From the NCBI RefSeq assembly GCF_000143415.4, contig NW_003314299.1, positions 1,614,559 through 1,678,558 on the forward strand: 64,000 nt of DNA, in the 5' to 3' direction. This DNA comes from Selaginella moellendorffii (taxonomy: Eukaryota; Plantae; Lycopodiophyta). Positions 45,800-57,047 of the stretch are shown piece by piece. Under the pieces are notes generated by a model. The model was given only the letters and a program-made list of their open reading frames with translations, was not told where the DNA came from and did no database searches. The position numbers and the translations under genes were made by a program. The first letter of the stretch is position 1, and each line of letters begins with the position of its first letter.

Positions 45800-48700
45800 T
45801 CAGGCCTCCTCTGATTCAGATTCGGATTGTTCACCTTGAAATAAAATACATTAGAAATTTAGTAAAGGAATATTAATGAATCTCACCTTGAACCCGGGTT
45901 ATGAATGCTCTTGCTGCATCTCTTGCATGATCTGGCAAGGTGATGGTGGCACTCTGCTTCCGCATCCAACCATGCACAACATTATCCACCGATATGCTCA
46001 TGCTGGGATCCCTTGGATTCAGCACCCATCTCTTTTCTAGGCAATCCTTCGTATATCCGGAACTTGGCTTGAACCACTCCACAGTTACATTGAAGGAGTT
46101 AGTTTCCGTGTCCTCCTCTGCATCAGTGATGCAGCGCCCCACCCATATCATTTGTTTTTTATTACTGGGTCTGACAAGCACGACCATTCCTTTGCAGACC
46201 TGTACTGGATTGAATGCTGAATCCGGCTTTTTGTTCCTCGGCCCACAATAGTGATCCTCAACATCGTTATCTGTCACTGCATTTCCAGAGGACATTGTTC
46301 CGCTACTATCTGGTGCTCTGGGTTCTGGCCAAAAGGACTCTTCCAATTCTTCATATACAACCGGCCCATTTTGGATAGCAGATATAATCTTCTCCCAGTA
46401 TTCGAGCAAAGGCTTGCACCTCTGAAAATAGGATTCTCCACCAAACACCAACCCCCTCTTCCAGAAGGCAATATGCTGTCTAATCCCGGCCACTATACTT
46501 TCCTGGTCTTTGAGTCCATCCGGGTGCATCGGCATCATAGGTTCCCCAGTTATGGGATCTCTCTTGAAGAGTTCAATGCCGTCCACTGGCAGCCACACTG
46601 TGTCCCATTCTCTCATCTTGTACCTCATCACTGGAGCACCGTCACACATGCTGAAATGAAACTGAAGAGGCTTGGAGTGGCCAATCAGCGTTTCGGATCC
46701 GTCCCTGATGTAGCCTCTTACAAACCCCTTAAAGTCTGGAACCTCTGTCAGAAGTGCAGCTTCAACAGTGCCTTTGATGCAATTTTGGAATTCATCGTAG
46801 AGTTGTGGGAGGGTGAGGACATTGGATCGCCGGAGGGACTCTGCCAGGTGACTGAACATGGCATCGACGTCTTCATGAGTGTGCCCAACCATGAGAAAGC
46901 CAAGTGTAACCGTTTCAAATATGCCTTTGGCAACAAGCATCGCCAAGTACGCGAAGACGTACATGTTTTTGTTCTCACTGCCAGCATTGTCTGTTTGGAG
47001 CAGAAGATGGGGTGGAAGGCCACATCGGCCGCAAGAACTTCCTTGAGATTCTGCTTCGTTTGGATGAGGCTGTGCATTCACCGGGCGACCAGCCTCGTCG
47101 GAATGGCATGAGGCCTCACGTGATAACCCTACAATCTGACGGCCAACATATTCACTGGGATGGCATGGGGCCCCACGCGATACTGCAAGCCTTTGCTCCT
47201 CCTCCAGCTGAACCCTGTATGGGGTTCGATCGATAAGGGCCTTATGCAAGGGTTGGCCATTCAGCTCAGTCTGTGCACTTTGCAGAGACCTTAAGTGTTT
47301 TGCTAGGGACGCAATCATCATGTTTGCACCCCCGCCACCCCATAGAGGTACAAAGAAGTTCCCATAGTTCTGGGCACCATGCCCATGAGCGATTATGCCA
47401 AATAGAGACACAGGCAGCTGCATGGATGAAGAGATTGCCTTGGGGGCAGGATTGAGTCGAGGTAAGCACGTCTTTTTCTGGTCCATTTTGTCATGGATGA
47501 TGCAGAAGTAAGAGTCAGGTCTCTCCATGGAGAGAATCCTGTTATGATAATATGCAGTCCTGCAGCTTCTCTGCTCGATGTTGTGGTCGAGCCGCCTTCT
47601 AACCAACGTCTCTCGCTCTTGAGCGCTGCAAGAATTCTTCGACAAAGCCATTTTGATAGCAGTGCACTCGTCACACTTTGAAAAGCTGGAGTACTTTCCT
47701 ATACTCACATCCCTGAACCTGTTGCTCCACAATCTACTAAATCTAGATTGGCTCAGCTTCCTGTAGCCATTACTCTGGAGTTCCCGATTCACATCTTCCA
47801 ATATGGCCCCCTTGGTATACATGGAAGGGAGAACTCGTTGGGTGTCTCGTGTTCCATCTTCCAAGAGGCGGGTTTTATGTGGTTGCTGCTCGCTACATGT
47901 CTCGACAAACCTCTTGAAGATTGCCTCTCCATATACAACATGACCCCTGGTTTTGTGCGTACCGTCGTTCCCATGGACTGCCTGTTGAACCCTTTGTTCC
48001 TCGAACTCAGTTTTGATTCTGTAGAATGTGGTTCGAGGGACTCCATAAATGATTCTCCATGCCTTCATGCAGACCAAACCCCTCTGGAAGACCATGCCCC
48101 CCACCTGATGTTCTGAAGCATCAACAGATGACCGTAATGCCTCATACACAAAATTGCGAGCTGCCTTCCAGGACAATGTCTTGTATCTTGCTCTCTCCTC
48201 TTCAATAGCATCCCAATCAGCATGTTGACAGCACCTCCTCTTGCAACAAGCAACTGTCGAGACCATTCGAACCTCCATCGCCATTTTCTGCCTTTTCGGT
48301 TCGTTGCTCAGATCCCTTTGGCTGCGCTTTAGGAAGGTGTACTTTCTTTTCCCATGAAGAGATGTTCTGTCATCAGTTGTAGTGGTGTTTGATTGTGAAT
48401 CCTTCACATTCTCAAACACTAAGTGCCTCAATTTCCACCGCACAATGCTTCCAATAGTCAGACTGTTTTCTTCTGTGTCAACAACCCCTAAAATCGCAAC
48501 TCCAATATCATCCCAGCCCAATTCTTGATTAGCAACCGCATCTCTTGGATCGACAACTATGGCTAAGCCCTCAGCTACCACCTCCCCCTCGGGGTTGTTT
48601 AGAAACACCTTGGCCTGAATCCATGTAGCACGGTTCTTAAGATCCACGGAGGGAACATGCGTCGCACTTGCGCTGTCCCCAACATCTGCTTTCTTCTGAA

Positions 48701-48923
48701 GATTTTTCAAGGCAACAACAACATTTACCCCGACGACCATCTCTCCTCGTTCAATAGCGACCACATTCCCATCGAAGACAGTCTCTACTGATACAGCAGC
48801 ATTGCCTTCCCCAAGCCTTTGACAGTGTATAACAAAGTTTCGATCCATAGACACAAGGGTCCCTTTTGCAACTCTCTTCCCACCATTCAAAATGTAAACC
48901 TTTTCCCCAACCCTGAAGGCCAT
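45800..48923 (-). CDS. DDD-type transposase, probably Sola1-related
   Basis: Uninterrupted 1016-codon ORF (45873-48923), plus a probable 52-bp intron (45835-45886) and last exon GEQSESESEEA*. Motifs CCKRRC..VCMKAW..IYG, SKCDEC, HDKMDQ, QTDNAGSENKN, FLMVGHTHEDVDAMFS. Superfamily assignment is from recalled motifs only. Confidence 0.8.
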
Positions 48924-51419
48924 TCTGAAAGTGCAGAAAAGAAGTTAAAACCATACAAAAAATGATTGGAGAATGGCCTAAATCATAACATACCAAACAA
49001 CCTCAATAGCATGAGGCCACATGCCATTATTCAAACATGCTATTGACACCCACGTGAAATTTCGCATTCACAAAATTGGCATGAGGCCTCATGCCATCTT
49101 GATATACACACAGCTGCAGGCAAGTAAAAACATACATAACAATACGCTAGCCATGAAATTGCAAGGGCCCAAGATGGCATGTGGCCTCATGCCATTTCTA
49201 AATGTGGTCCTAAGCCATTCCATGGTGAACATACCAGGAAGCACAAGTGCCGAATATCAAGAGGAAGCGGTAGCCACACCAAAGACAGTGCCGCTCGCAA
49301 CACCGCAACTGCTCGTAGCGCCGCTCGCACAAACTGCCACTCGCATAAACTGCCGCTCGCAATGGCGCTCGCAATGCCGCAACCGCTCGTAGACGCATAA
49401 ACCACAGCCCACAACACCGCTTACACAAACAGCGCTCACTGCGCTCAGTGGAACCAAGAACACGGCGCACAAAAATGATAGACCTAGGAATGAGTTCGAG
49501 AATTCAAAAATAACACACGCTTGAACGTCACATCAAATCCTCTGACAAACCAGATCTTATGATTCCTCTGACAAATTTCAAACTGAGTAGCTTCTAGACT
49601 TTGCTGTCGGAGGTTGAACTTTGTCACATCATGTCCTTGCCTCGATCCAGCTGTGCCATGTCAGTGATTCGAACTTTGCCATGCCATGTCAGCGATCCGC
49701 GCCAAGATTATTTGCCGTGTAAAGGAATAATTATGCTGTGTGTGTACGTCCATTTATGGCAATATAATGCCACATGCCATTCAAAGAATAATGCTAGTCG
49801 AGCATCTTTTGGTGCATTTTTGGGTTCAAAATTGCATGAGCCCACACGCTATAAAGTTTACCTGTACCAAAAATAGAAACAGCTTTATTTACTTGGGAAT
49901 TTATATGGCTGAGGCATTTTTAAACTTACAAACACATGCCCTACTTACATTCCTTTGGTTGCTTAAAATTCAAAAATATTATAAACCTTTCTTTTTGCAT
50001 TTTCAATGTTTTCAATTATGGTTTTTGATTTTCGCAGGACCAGCCTAGTAATCTATTTGCATCCCGTCATGTTTATAGCTAGCTTTCGTTTGTCCCCTTC
50101 GCTAGCCTGAGATACATCTGCTCGGCATCTGCCTCTTACAGCATTTGCCCAGAAAGGGCATCTTTCTTCACGCAGCATTTGCCACATGTTTAGGGTTTAG
50201 GGTTTAGCAATTCAGTAGCTTGATAAACATGCAAATACAGAACTTGATGCAAAATCCTTTGATATGTCACAATGCCCCTAGGACCATAAACACATTTCAA
50301 TAGAGAGGGTCCTTTCATTTCATAACTCCTTATGTAGATCTTGGTGAAACCAGAGTTAGTGAAGTTAGTTTCTTGTGATCCTGCATCTGATTGTGATGTC
50401 CCTGCAGTGTCGATGGAAAGGTCAATGCACACCAAACTGTAAAATCTTGGAGCAAAATAACGGTCGGATCTATGGCAAATGCCCCTGAAACATTGTAAGG
50501 CTCGTGTGGTCTCATGTGGTGTCCGATCGAGATGCTTCTTTGCAGGGTCATCAAGAAAGACATTGTATACCATTCTGTAAAATCTAGTTGCAATCTAACG
50601 GTTGGATCTCTAGAAAACTCAAAAAATCTCGCGCGTGTCAGAATATCCTAGGAATATACTCCTATGTGCCCTTGAAAATGGCATGCGGCCCCACGCCATT
50701 CAAGAGATAACGGCAGATGACGCTGAGAATTTTTTGGTGCATTTTTTGGGTTCAAACTTGCATGAGCCCACACGCTATAAAGTTTATCTTTGCCAAATAG
50801 AGAAAAGTTTATCTGTGTCATGTGAGGTAGTTACAGTCCTTTGTGCTCGGCATCTGCCTCTTGCAGCATTTGCACTGAAAAGGAATTTTTCTCCATTCAG
50901 CATTTGGCCCTGAAAATGGCATGCGCCCACACGCCATTCAAGGAATAACGCCACAGGACGCCTGGATTTTTGGGTTTAAAATGTTTAGGGTTTTTTGGGT
51001 TTTTTCAAAATATTTTGGGTCCAACGTTTTTTGGGTTTCTTTGGTTCAAAATTGCATGAGCCCACACGCTATAATATTGATTTGAGAGAAAAATAGAAAC
51101 AGATAGAATTTCTTTATTTAGCTGAACATCTGCCATTTTTGGAAATACAAGATGCTTTGGAATATCCAATCATGCATGGTATAAATATAGCGAGGGTATT
51201 AAATGATATCCCAATCATGATCTTTCTTTTGGATTTCGCTTGCATGCAGTCCGAGGAATGATGACGTTGCGGATTTCTTTTGGATTTTGCGTGCTTGCAT
51301 GCGCGCGGCAATCTAGAAATTAATGGTGGCGCCCAAGTCCGAGGAATGATGACGTGGCAGGATTACCAACCGTTGTGACATTTCGCGCATGTGAGGTTAG
51401 GTTTTGCATTTTGTTTTGT

Positions 51420-51600
51420 ACTCGCGCTCGCGCTCGCATCACACTCGCGCTCGCGCTCGCATCACACTCGCGCTCCCGCTCGCATCGCGCTCCCACTCGC
51501 GATCACGCTCACTTCTCTACAGGTTTCTCGTGTGCATCGGCGTCCAGTCGCGCTTGCATCACACTCGCGCTCGCATCGCGCTCGTGTGCATCGGCATCCA
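51420..51600. repeat. CpG-rich CTCGCG/CTCGCATCACA repeat upstream of the cargo gene; related GCCGCTCGCA repeat at 49290-49390
   Basis: Directly visible; one repeat lies upstream of each divergent gene. Confidence 0.7.
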
Positions 51601-51810
51601 CTTCAAGACACACCCAGTTTGTAACTTCGCCGCCAACTCCGCCGCCCACTCCGCCACCCACACGCAGCCCACTTGGCGTCTCGGGAGATTTCAGCACCAC
51701 TCTCCAACTGTAAGTGGCAGAGTAGCCTTGCTGCTACGATCTGCTGCACACACAGTGCACATTCGCCAGCGAGTCCGGCCTCGATTGTCACGGCCTCCAT
51801 TCGGCTTCAA

Positions 51811-54800
51811 ATGGTAAGTCTTTTAGACCAAGTAGAAAATGGCATGAGGCCACATGCCATTCAGTAGCAACATTGGCATGCACCGATTGGGCTCTCGAGT
51901 GCAGTCCGGTTATAGATGGCGTGTAGCCTCACGCCATCTTAGGATGCAGCCTCAAGATATGTGATGCAGTGGTGAATGGCGTGTGGCCTCACGTTATTTC
52001 CAGCTGCTAGCTTTTCATCTGTCAGCTCTAATTGTTGTGCATTTCTGAACAGGCGAGGAATTGCGTTCTTCTTCCAGCCACTGTCAATGTGGATGCAGAG
52101 AAGGGGGAGGAGCTCACCAGTTGGACTTTCGGGATGGAAGGCGAGGATCTGAGGCTGTACAACACAGATGGTGGGAGAAAAGAATGCATGGGGATCCTCA
52201 TCCAAGTGACAGACACTCCATGCAGTTCCATGCAAGAATATGGACTGGCACTTGTGGTAGAGACAGCGTCCGCCTTCAAGATCCACCTTGCACATCCTAG
52301 CGGCTTCCCGGAGGGGGGCAGCGGCTATGAGGAATTCCTAGAGGGAGCTAGGGAGAGCTTGTCCAGGAGGCCCACAATTTCAAAGACGCTGCGGGTCTAT
52401 GAAGATCACATGGAATCCACGGACCTCACCTACGGCGATGTTCAAAAACTATATTCCAACATTGAGCCGTTGAGAGTGCCTCCAGTTTGCGAAGCGAAGG
52501 GGAAGGGGGTCGATCTGGAAACTACCCCGAAGCAGAAAAGGGTGGTCAAGCTCAAGCCGACGTCCGACTCTGCTGCTCCAAAAAAGAAGCTACTCGGTGA
52601 TGCCATTGCCTCGGGTTCGAACACTACACCCACCAAAAAGAAGAGCCGTAAAGAGCAGAAAGAGCAAGAAGAGGCAGCAAAAATTGTCGCAGATAATAGT
52701 ACTTGTTACTATTCCAACAAAGTATATACAATCGACGTGAGCCGTATCGACATCCAAAGCAAATACAACCACAGGCTAGTATCTGATGAGTGGGTGGAGA
52801 AACTGAAGCAGAAGATGCTGGCAAGTCCAGTAACACCCGACATCGCAGACGTGATCCCCTACTACCGAACAATGAAGGGCGAGACGAGGTTTCCAGACTT
52901 GATCAATAGGAAGGTGTTGGACGATCAGAACATCCGGTTCTATGCCGTCTCCGGGCAGCATTCTAGCTTGGCGATGCAACAGATAGTTGTGGATATTATG
53001 GTGGGCGAGGAGGTGAAGAAAGTCTTCAAGACAAGAGTTGTCCGCCTGATAAAAGGCAACTCGCCCCTCCGATCTATCATATACATCTCCCACGCGCAGA
53101 ATGTCAAGCAAGAAACGTGCTACAAATCGGGTCTGCACGAGACATTGGCACGAACACGGAAGCTCTGGGTTCAACTGAAGAAGCCACAAAAACCAGGACA
53201 AGGATGTGCACTAGCAACTAGCGCCTGGCAGGTAAGCCTCGTTGCATGTGGCATAGCATGTGGCCTCACGCCATTTCCATTACAGGCATCCATAACATTC
53301 TACTCGCGACAAAAGCTGTTTTTGACAAATGGGTAGATGTGCTGAGGAAGTACCATGACAGGGAGTTGCTAAACTCAATGGGTGTGGAGGACGGCCGGAA
53401 GCCCAATGATTTGAAGCTCAACGCCTTGCGTTTCTCGCGGTCTCTAGACGACGATGACCTTCTGACAGTGGCTAATGCTCTTCTACGTGGTGAGGTAGTC
53501 TTCAACAAGACCAAAATGACTCCCGGCCATATTGTGACATACGAGGACTTGTGCACGACTCTGAGAGCTCGTGCGCTATTGAAGGATTGGATCTTCGAGC
53601 AAGTGGCCGTGGCGAGGGTGAGCATCGACACCACGCAAGAGATGATGGAAGAGCTGGACTTGTCAAATGAAGACATCGACGACTACGTGAAGGGGGCCCC
53701 CAAGTTCATCGATCTGCTGCGGGATGCCACGAAAAGTAAAGCTGAGAAGTTGGATCAGTATCCAAATTTCATTAAGAGGGATGTCGACCGCCGGCTTCAG
53801 AAACAGCTCGACCCCCCAGCAGAGGCCTATTGAGAACCTTACTGGGTATACGTGAATTCGGATGAGGATCAAAGGTGGAGGAGCATCGTTTCCCGCGGAG
53901 ATGAGCAGGTCAAGAACATCTTTTGTGTGATGGACTTCACAAACGAGGAGATCACTCATGCAGACGAAGTCAGCTCCATCATTGACTTAATGGTGGGACT
54001 TGCGGAGGTGGAATCTTCAGTCCACTATATGATCTACGACTCCGAATCCTATCACAAGTTCTGGAAGGCCTTGAACGAGGTGAAGGCTCGGTTGAAAGGC
54101 AAGGAGATGCGGGAGATCCATGGGATAATGGCTAAGAAGAAGATACCGACGAATGTCCGCATCTTCACACTCGCCCTTGTTATTGGTCCTGCAGCAGAGT
54201 GGGACTGGAGTGACTTCCCAGCTTCGTTCAACAAAGCCGATCGAATTGATCTGAGGGAGGTCAATTTACCCGTGCCTGAGGAACTGAAGACGGCTATGGA
54301 GCTTTCGAATCCAAAGAAAGCTCCAGGTGCAGCATGGGAAATGCTCAGCTGGGTCTTCAACGCAATAGCTTTTCAAATGCTTTTCAAGTCAGGGCCACGT
54401 TTTTCTCATCTCGTCGTCTTTGAAGGGTGCAAGAACGTGCAGAAACCATGTTAAGACAGTCGGGTGAGGATACGGTCCTAGGTCACGCACTAAAACAGGC
54501 TATGGATGTCTTGTATTTTGAGATGGAGACTCGGCCAGATGATTTTCCCAAGATGGTCCTGGAAAAACAAGCCATCCAGCCTGAGCAGCCTATGGAAGAA
54601 ATGCAAGAGGGGGATGAGGAGCAAGAGAAAGATAATGAGCAGGAAGAGCAGAAGGACGAAGAGGAGGACAAAGAAGAGGAGGACGAAGAAGAGGAGGACG
54701 AAGAAGAGGAGGACGAAGAGGACTTGGATGGTCCTCACAATGGTGACGATCACAATAACGACGATGACGATGATGACGACGATGGCCAGCCTGAGGTGGC

Positions 54801-56603
54801 CAAAGAGCAGCGGAGGAAGGTCATACAAGACAAACCATCAGGTAAATAATAGTACATCCATTCCTAACCTTTTACCATTTCTAACATTGTCCATGTAGGT
54901 CGCAGAAGAAATGGTAAGTAGAGATTATTCAGTTGAATTAAGATACAAACTCTAGCCTTTAGTGTCGAGGAAGGATAGTGCCAAGCAAGGGTCGAAACGT
55001 ATGTCCAATCCTTCAAAATCAGCAGTGCGCCCAAGTGATATCGGTCCTAGTTCCTCAATAGCAGTTGATGGTAAATACAGTATAGCCGATTCAATGTGCT
55101 AATGAGTTTGTTTTTAGTAGCACGGGAGGATACCATCTCAATCGAAGGGAGATATTTGGACATGCATATGGATCCGCCAGTGGACTCTACTTGCCTGCAA
55201 GAGTCATCAGAGCTGGTGGAGGCTACTATCCATATCAACGCCAAGCAAGCTGACCACGCTCCACTTGATGCTGCCCATACCACTGAGTCAATCTTGTCCA
55301 CGTATCCAACTGACGGTGACCAGGCGCCATTGGACCCGCATGAGGCCGCCCCAGCCGCCGAGCCGGTCGTATCCTCATTTCCAACGTGTGCCCAATCGTC
55401 TGACTACGCGCCATTGGAACCTCCCTACACCGCCCCTGCTGCCTGTTCGGTCATGTCCACTTTGCTAACGGAGGCACCAGCTGAAATGGCGTGTGATCAC
55501 ACGCCATCGGAACCACCCCATGCCACTGTTGAGCCAGTTGTACCAGAGTCTACAGCTGAAATGGCATGTGCCCACACGCCATCGGATGCGATTGACCCCA
55601 CATTGCAGAGGAGAGTATTTCCGCCCTTCACGTTTCCTCGACCAAAACCCTCTGAACGACCATCGGGAGCACCATTCGCTAATATTGTAGATGGTAAAAT
55701 TGACTTGTACCATTTTTTATGCTGACGCATTTCATTTCAGAGTCACGGCGAAAGTACTGTATCGTTTTTGATCTGAACGGTGTCCTTTTCTCCCATGAGC
55801 GTGGCTCGTCCTCGAATGTCACTGCACCCTCCAAAGCCTGCGGTCGCAAGTTGGTCAAAAGAGACAGATTCACATTAATCACACGGGAGAAACTGCGGGA
55901 TCTAATAATGACCATGCGACACTTAAAACAGAGGGCCGGGTTCAATTTGCAATTGGGAGTTTGGACATCCATGATGTGCCACAATGCATTAACGTTGCTA
56001 CAGATGATGCACGATCAGACGCGAGTAATATTACCATTTGACTTTCTCCTAACGCAGGAGGATTGCTTGACTATGGTCCATGTGAGGGGTAGCAAGCCTA
56101 TCTTCGTCAAGGCAGAGGCTGTAGTGATGAACCGGACTGCTAGGTCAAGTGAAATCCTCATCATCGATGACTCGCCGATTAAAACTGTAGCGAACACGCA
56201 CACATATGCAGTGCACCCCATCTCTTGCAGTATGGAAACTAGGGAGAAGAAACCGTATATTCTAGGGGACCTTGCAAAACGGCTTGAAGCGATGGTAATA
56301 GAGAACCGGCCAGTCCAGGAGGTGGCTGCAGAAATCAACCAAATGGCAGATGGAACGGTATATCAGAAGCCATTTGATCGGACAGACACCAGTCATCATT
56401 TATGACATGTATATTGTCTAGCCAAGCACTATCCGCATCTCCATAATCTGCTCAACTGGATGGGTTCTTCGACCACTGAACATGAGCGTGGACGTATTAG
56501 AGAAGAGATGGCATTACTATTGGGTTTAAATCCTGATAGTGTGGAGAGTGATGAAATTCCAAGATTATTGTATAGGCGTTGGAGGCAAAAAATAACAGTC
56601 TGA
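51811..56603 (+). pseudogene. Transposon cargo gene: ParB/Srx-like domain, helical and alpha/beta region, acidic tract, repeats, HAD (NIF/FCP1-like) phosphatase; lightly disrupted
   Basis: ATG|GTAAGT at 51811 splices in frame to 52053. ParB-like pattern IDVSRIDI..YNHRLVSDEWVEKLKQKM...FYAVSGQHSSLAM; HAD motifs IVFDLNGVL, GVWTSM, ILIIDDSPIK. In-frame TGA at 53831 and 56403 with open frames continuing beyond; frame breaks near 53290 and 54430. Confidence 0.7.
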
Positions 56604-57047
56604 GATGGCATGTATTTATTTAAAAATGTAACTTATTATGGCATGGGGTTCCATGCCATTGTATTAATATTAAAAGACAATTCTTTGAGAGGATTTGCAT
56701 TATACTAGAAGTGTTACAGCATGTTATTGGAAGTCTACGAAGTTGTTTTATTAATAAGGGGAAAGTAAAGATTGAATGGGGACTTGGGCTCCACCTAGAC
56801 TCGGAGCAACTGAGCCAATATTAAAAGGATGAAAAGAAATTGGACGACAATGACAAGGAGAAGAGAGAGGTGAAGCAGTGGCAGGGGGAGGAGAAGTGAT
56901 TGAGTAGACATTTCCTTGTTTAAAATAAAATGGCATGTGCCTCAATGCAGTTGAATTTTGTTATATTTATATACTATATATAGGTTTGGAAACCTTATTT
57001 TACAAGTGGGATAATGACAATTCCCACTTTAACGAAATAGAGCTTAG

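Larger units (their letters stand above)
45209..56659. repeat. Dispersed 22-bp palindrome family ATGGCRTG-N6-CAYGCCAT (about 19 copies)
   Basis: Copies start at 45209, 45298, 47103, 47160, 49006, 49076, 49174, 49831, 50678, 50757, 50916, 51051, 51839, 51916, 51976, 53253, 55486, 55561 and 56638; further half-sites at 44895, about 45710, 49756, 56605 and 56930. Confidence 0.92.
44667..57047. mobile_element. 12.4 kb TIR DNA transposon with two divergent genes
   Basis: Perfect 26-bp inverted termini CTAAGCTCTATTTCGTTAAAGTGGGA (44667-44692, 57022-57047; the outer 2-4 bp may be target sequence); encloses a transposase and a cargo gene; flanked by unrelated retroelement sequence. Confidence 0.88.

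Noticed and set aside
45209-56659. Palindromes as a CRISPR-like array
   Set aside because: Spacing is irregular (57 bp to over 2 kb), copies fall inside exons and introns, and there are no cas genes.
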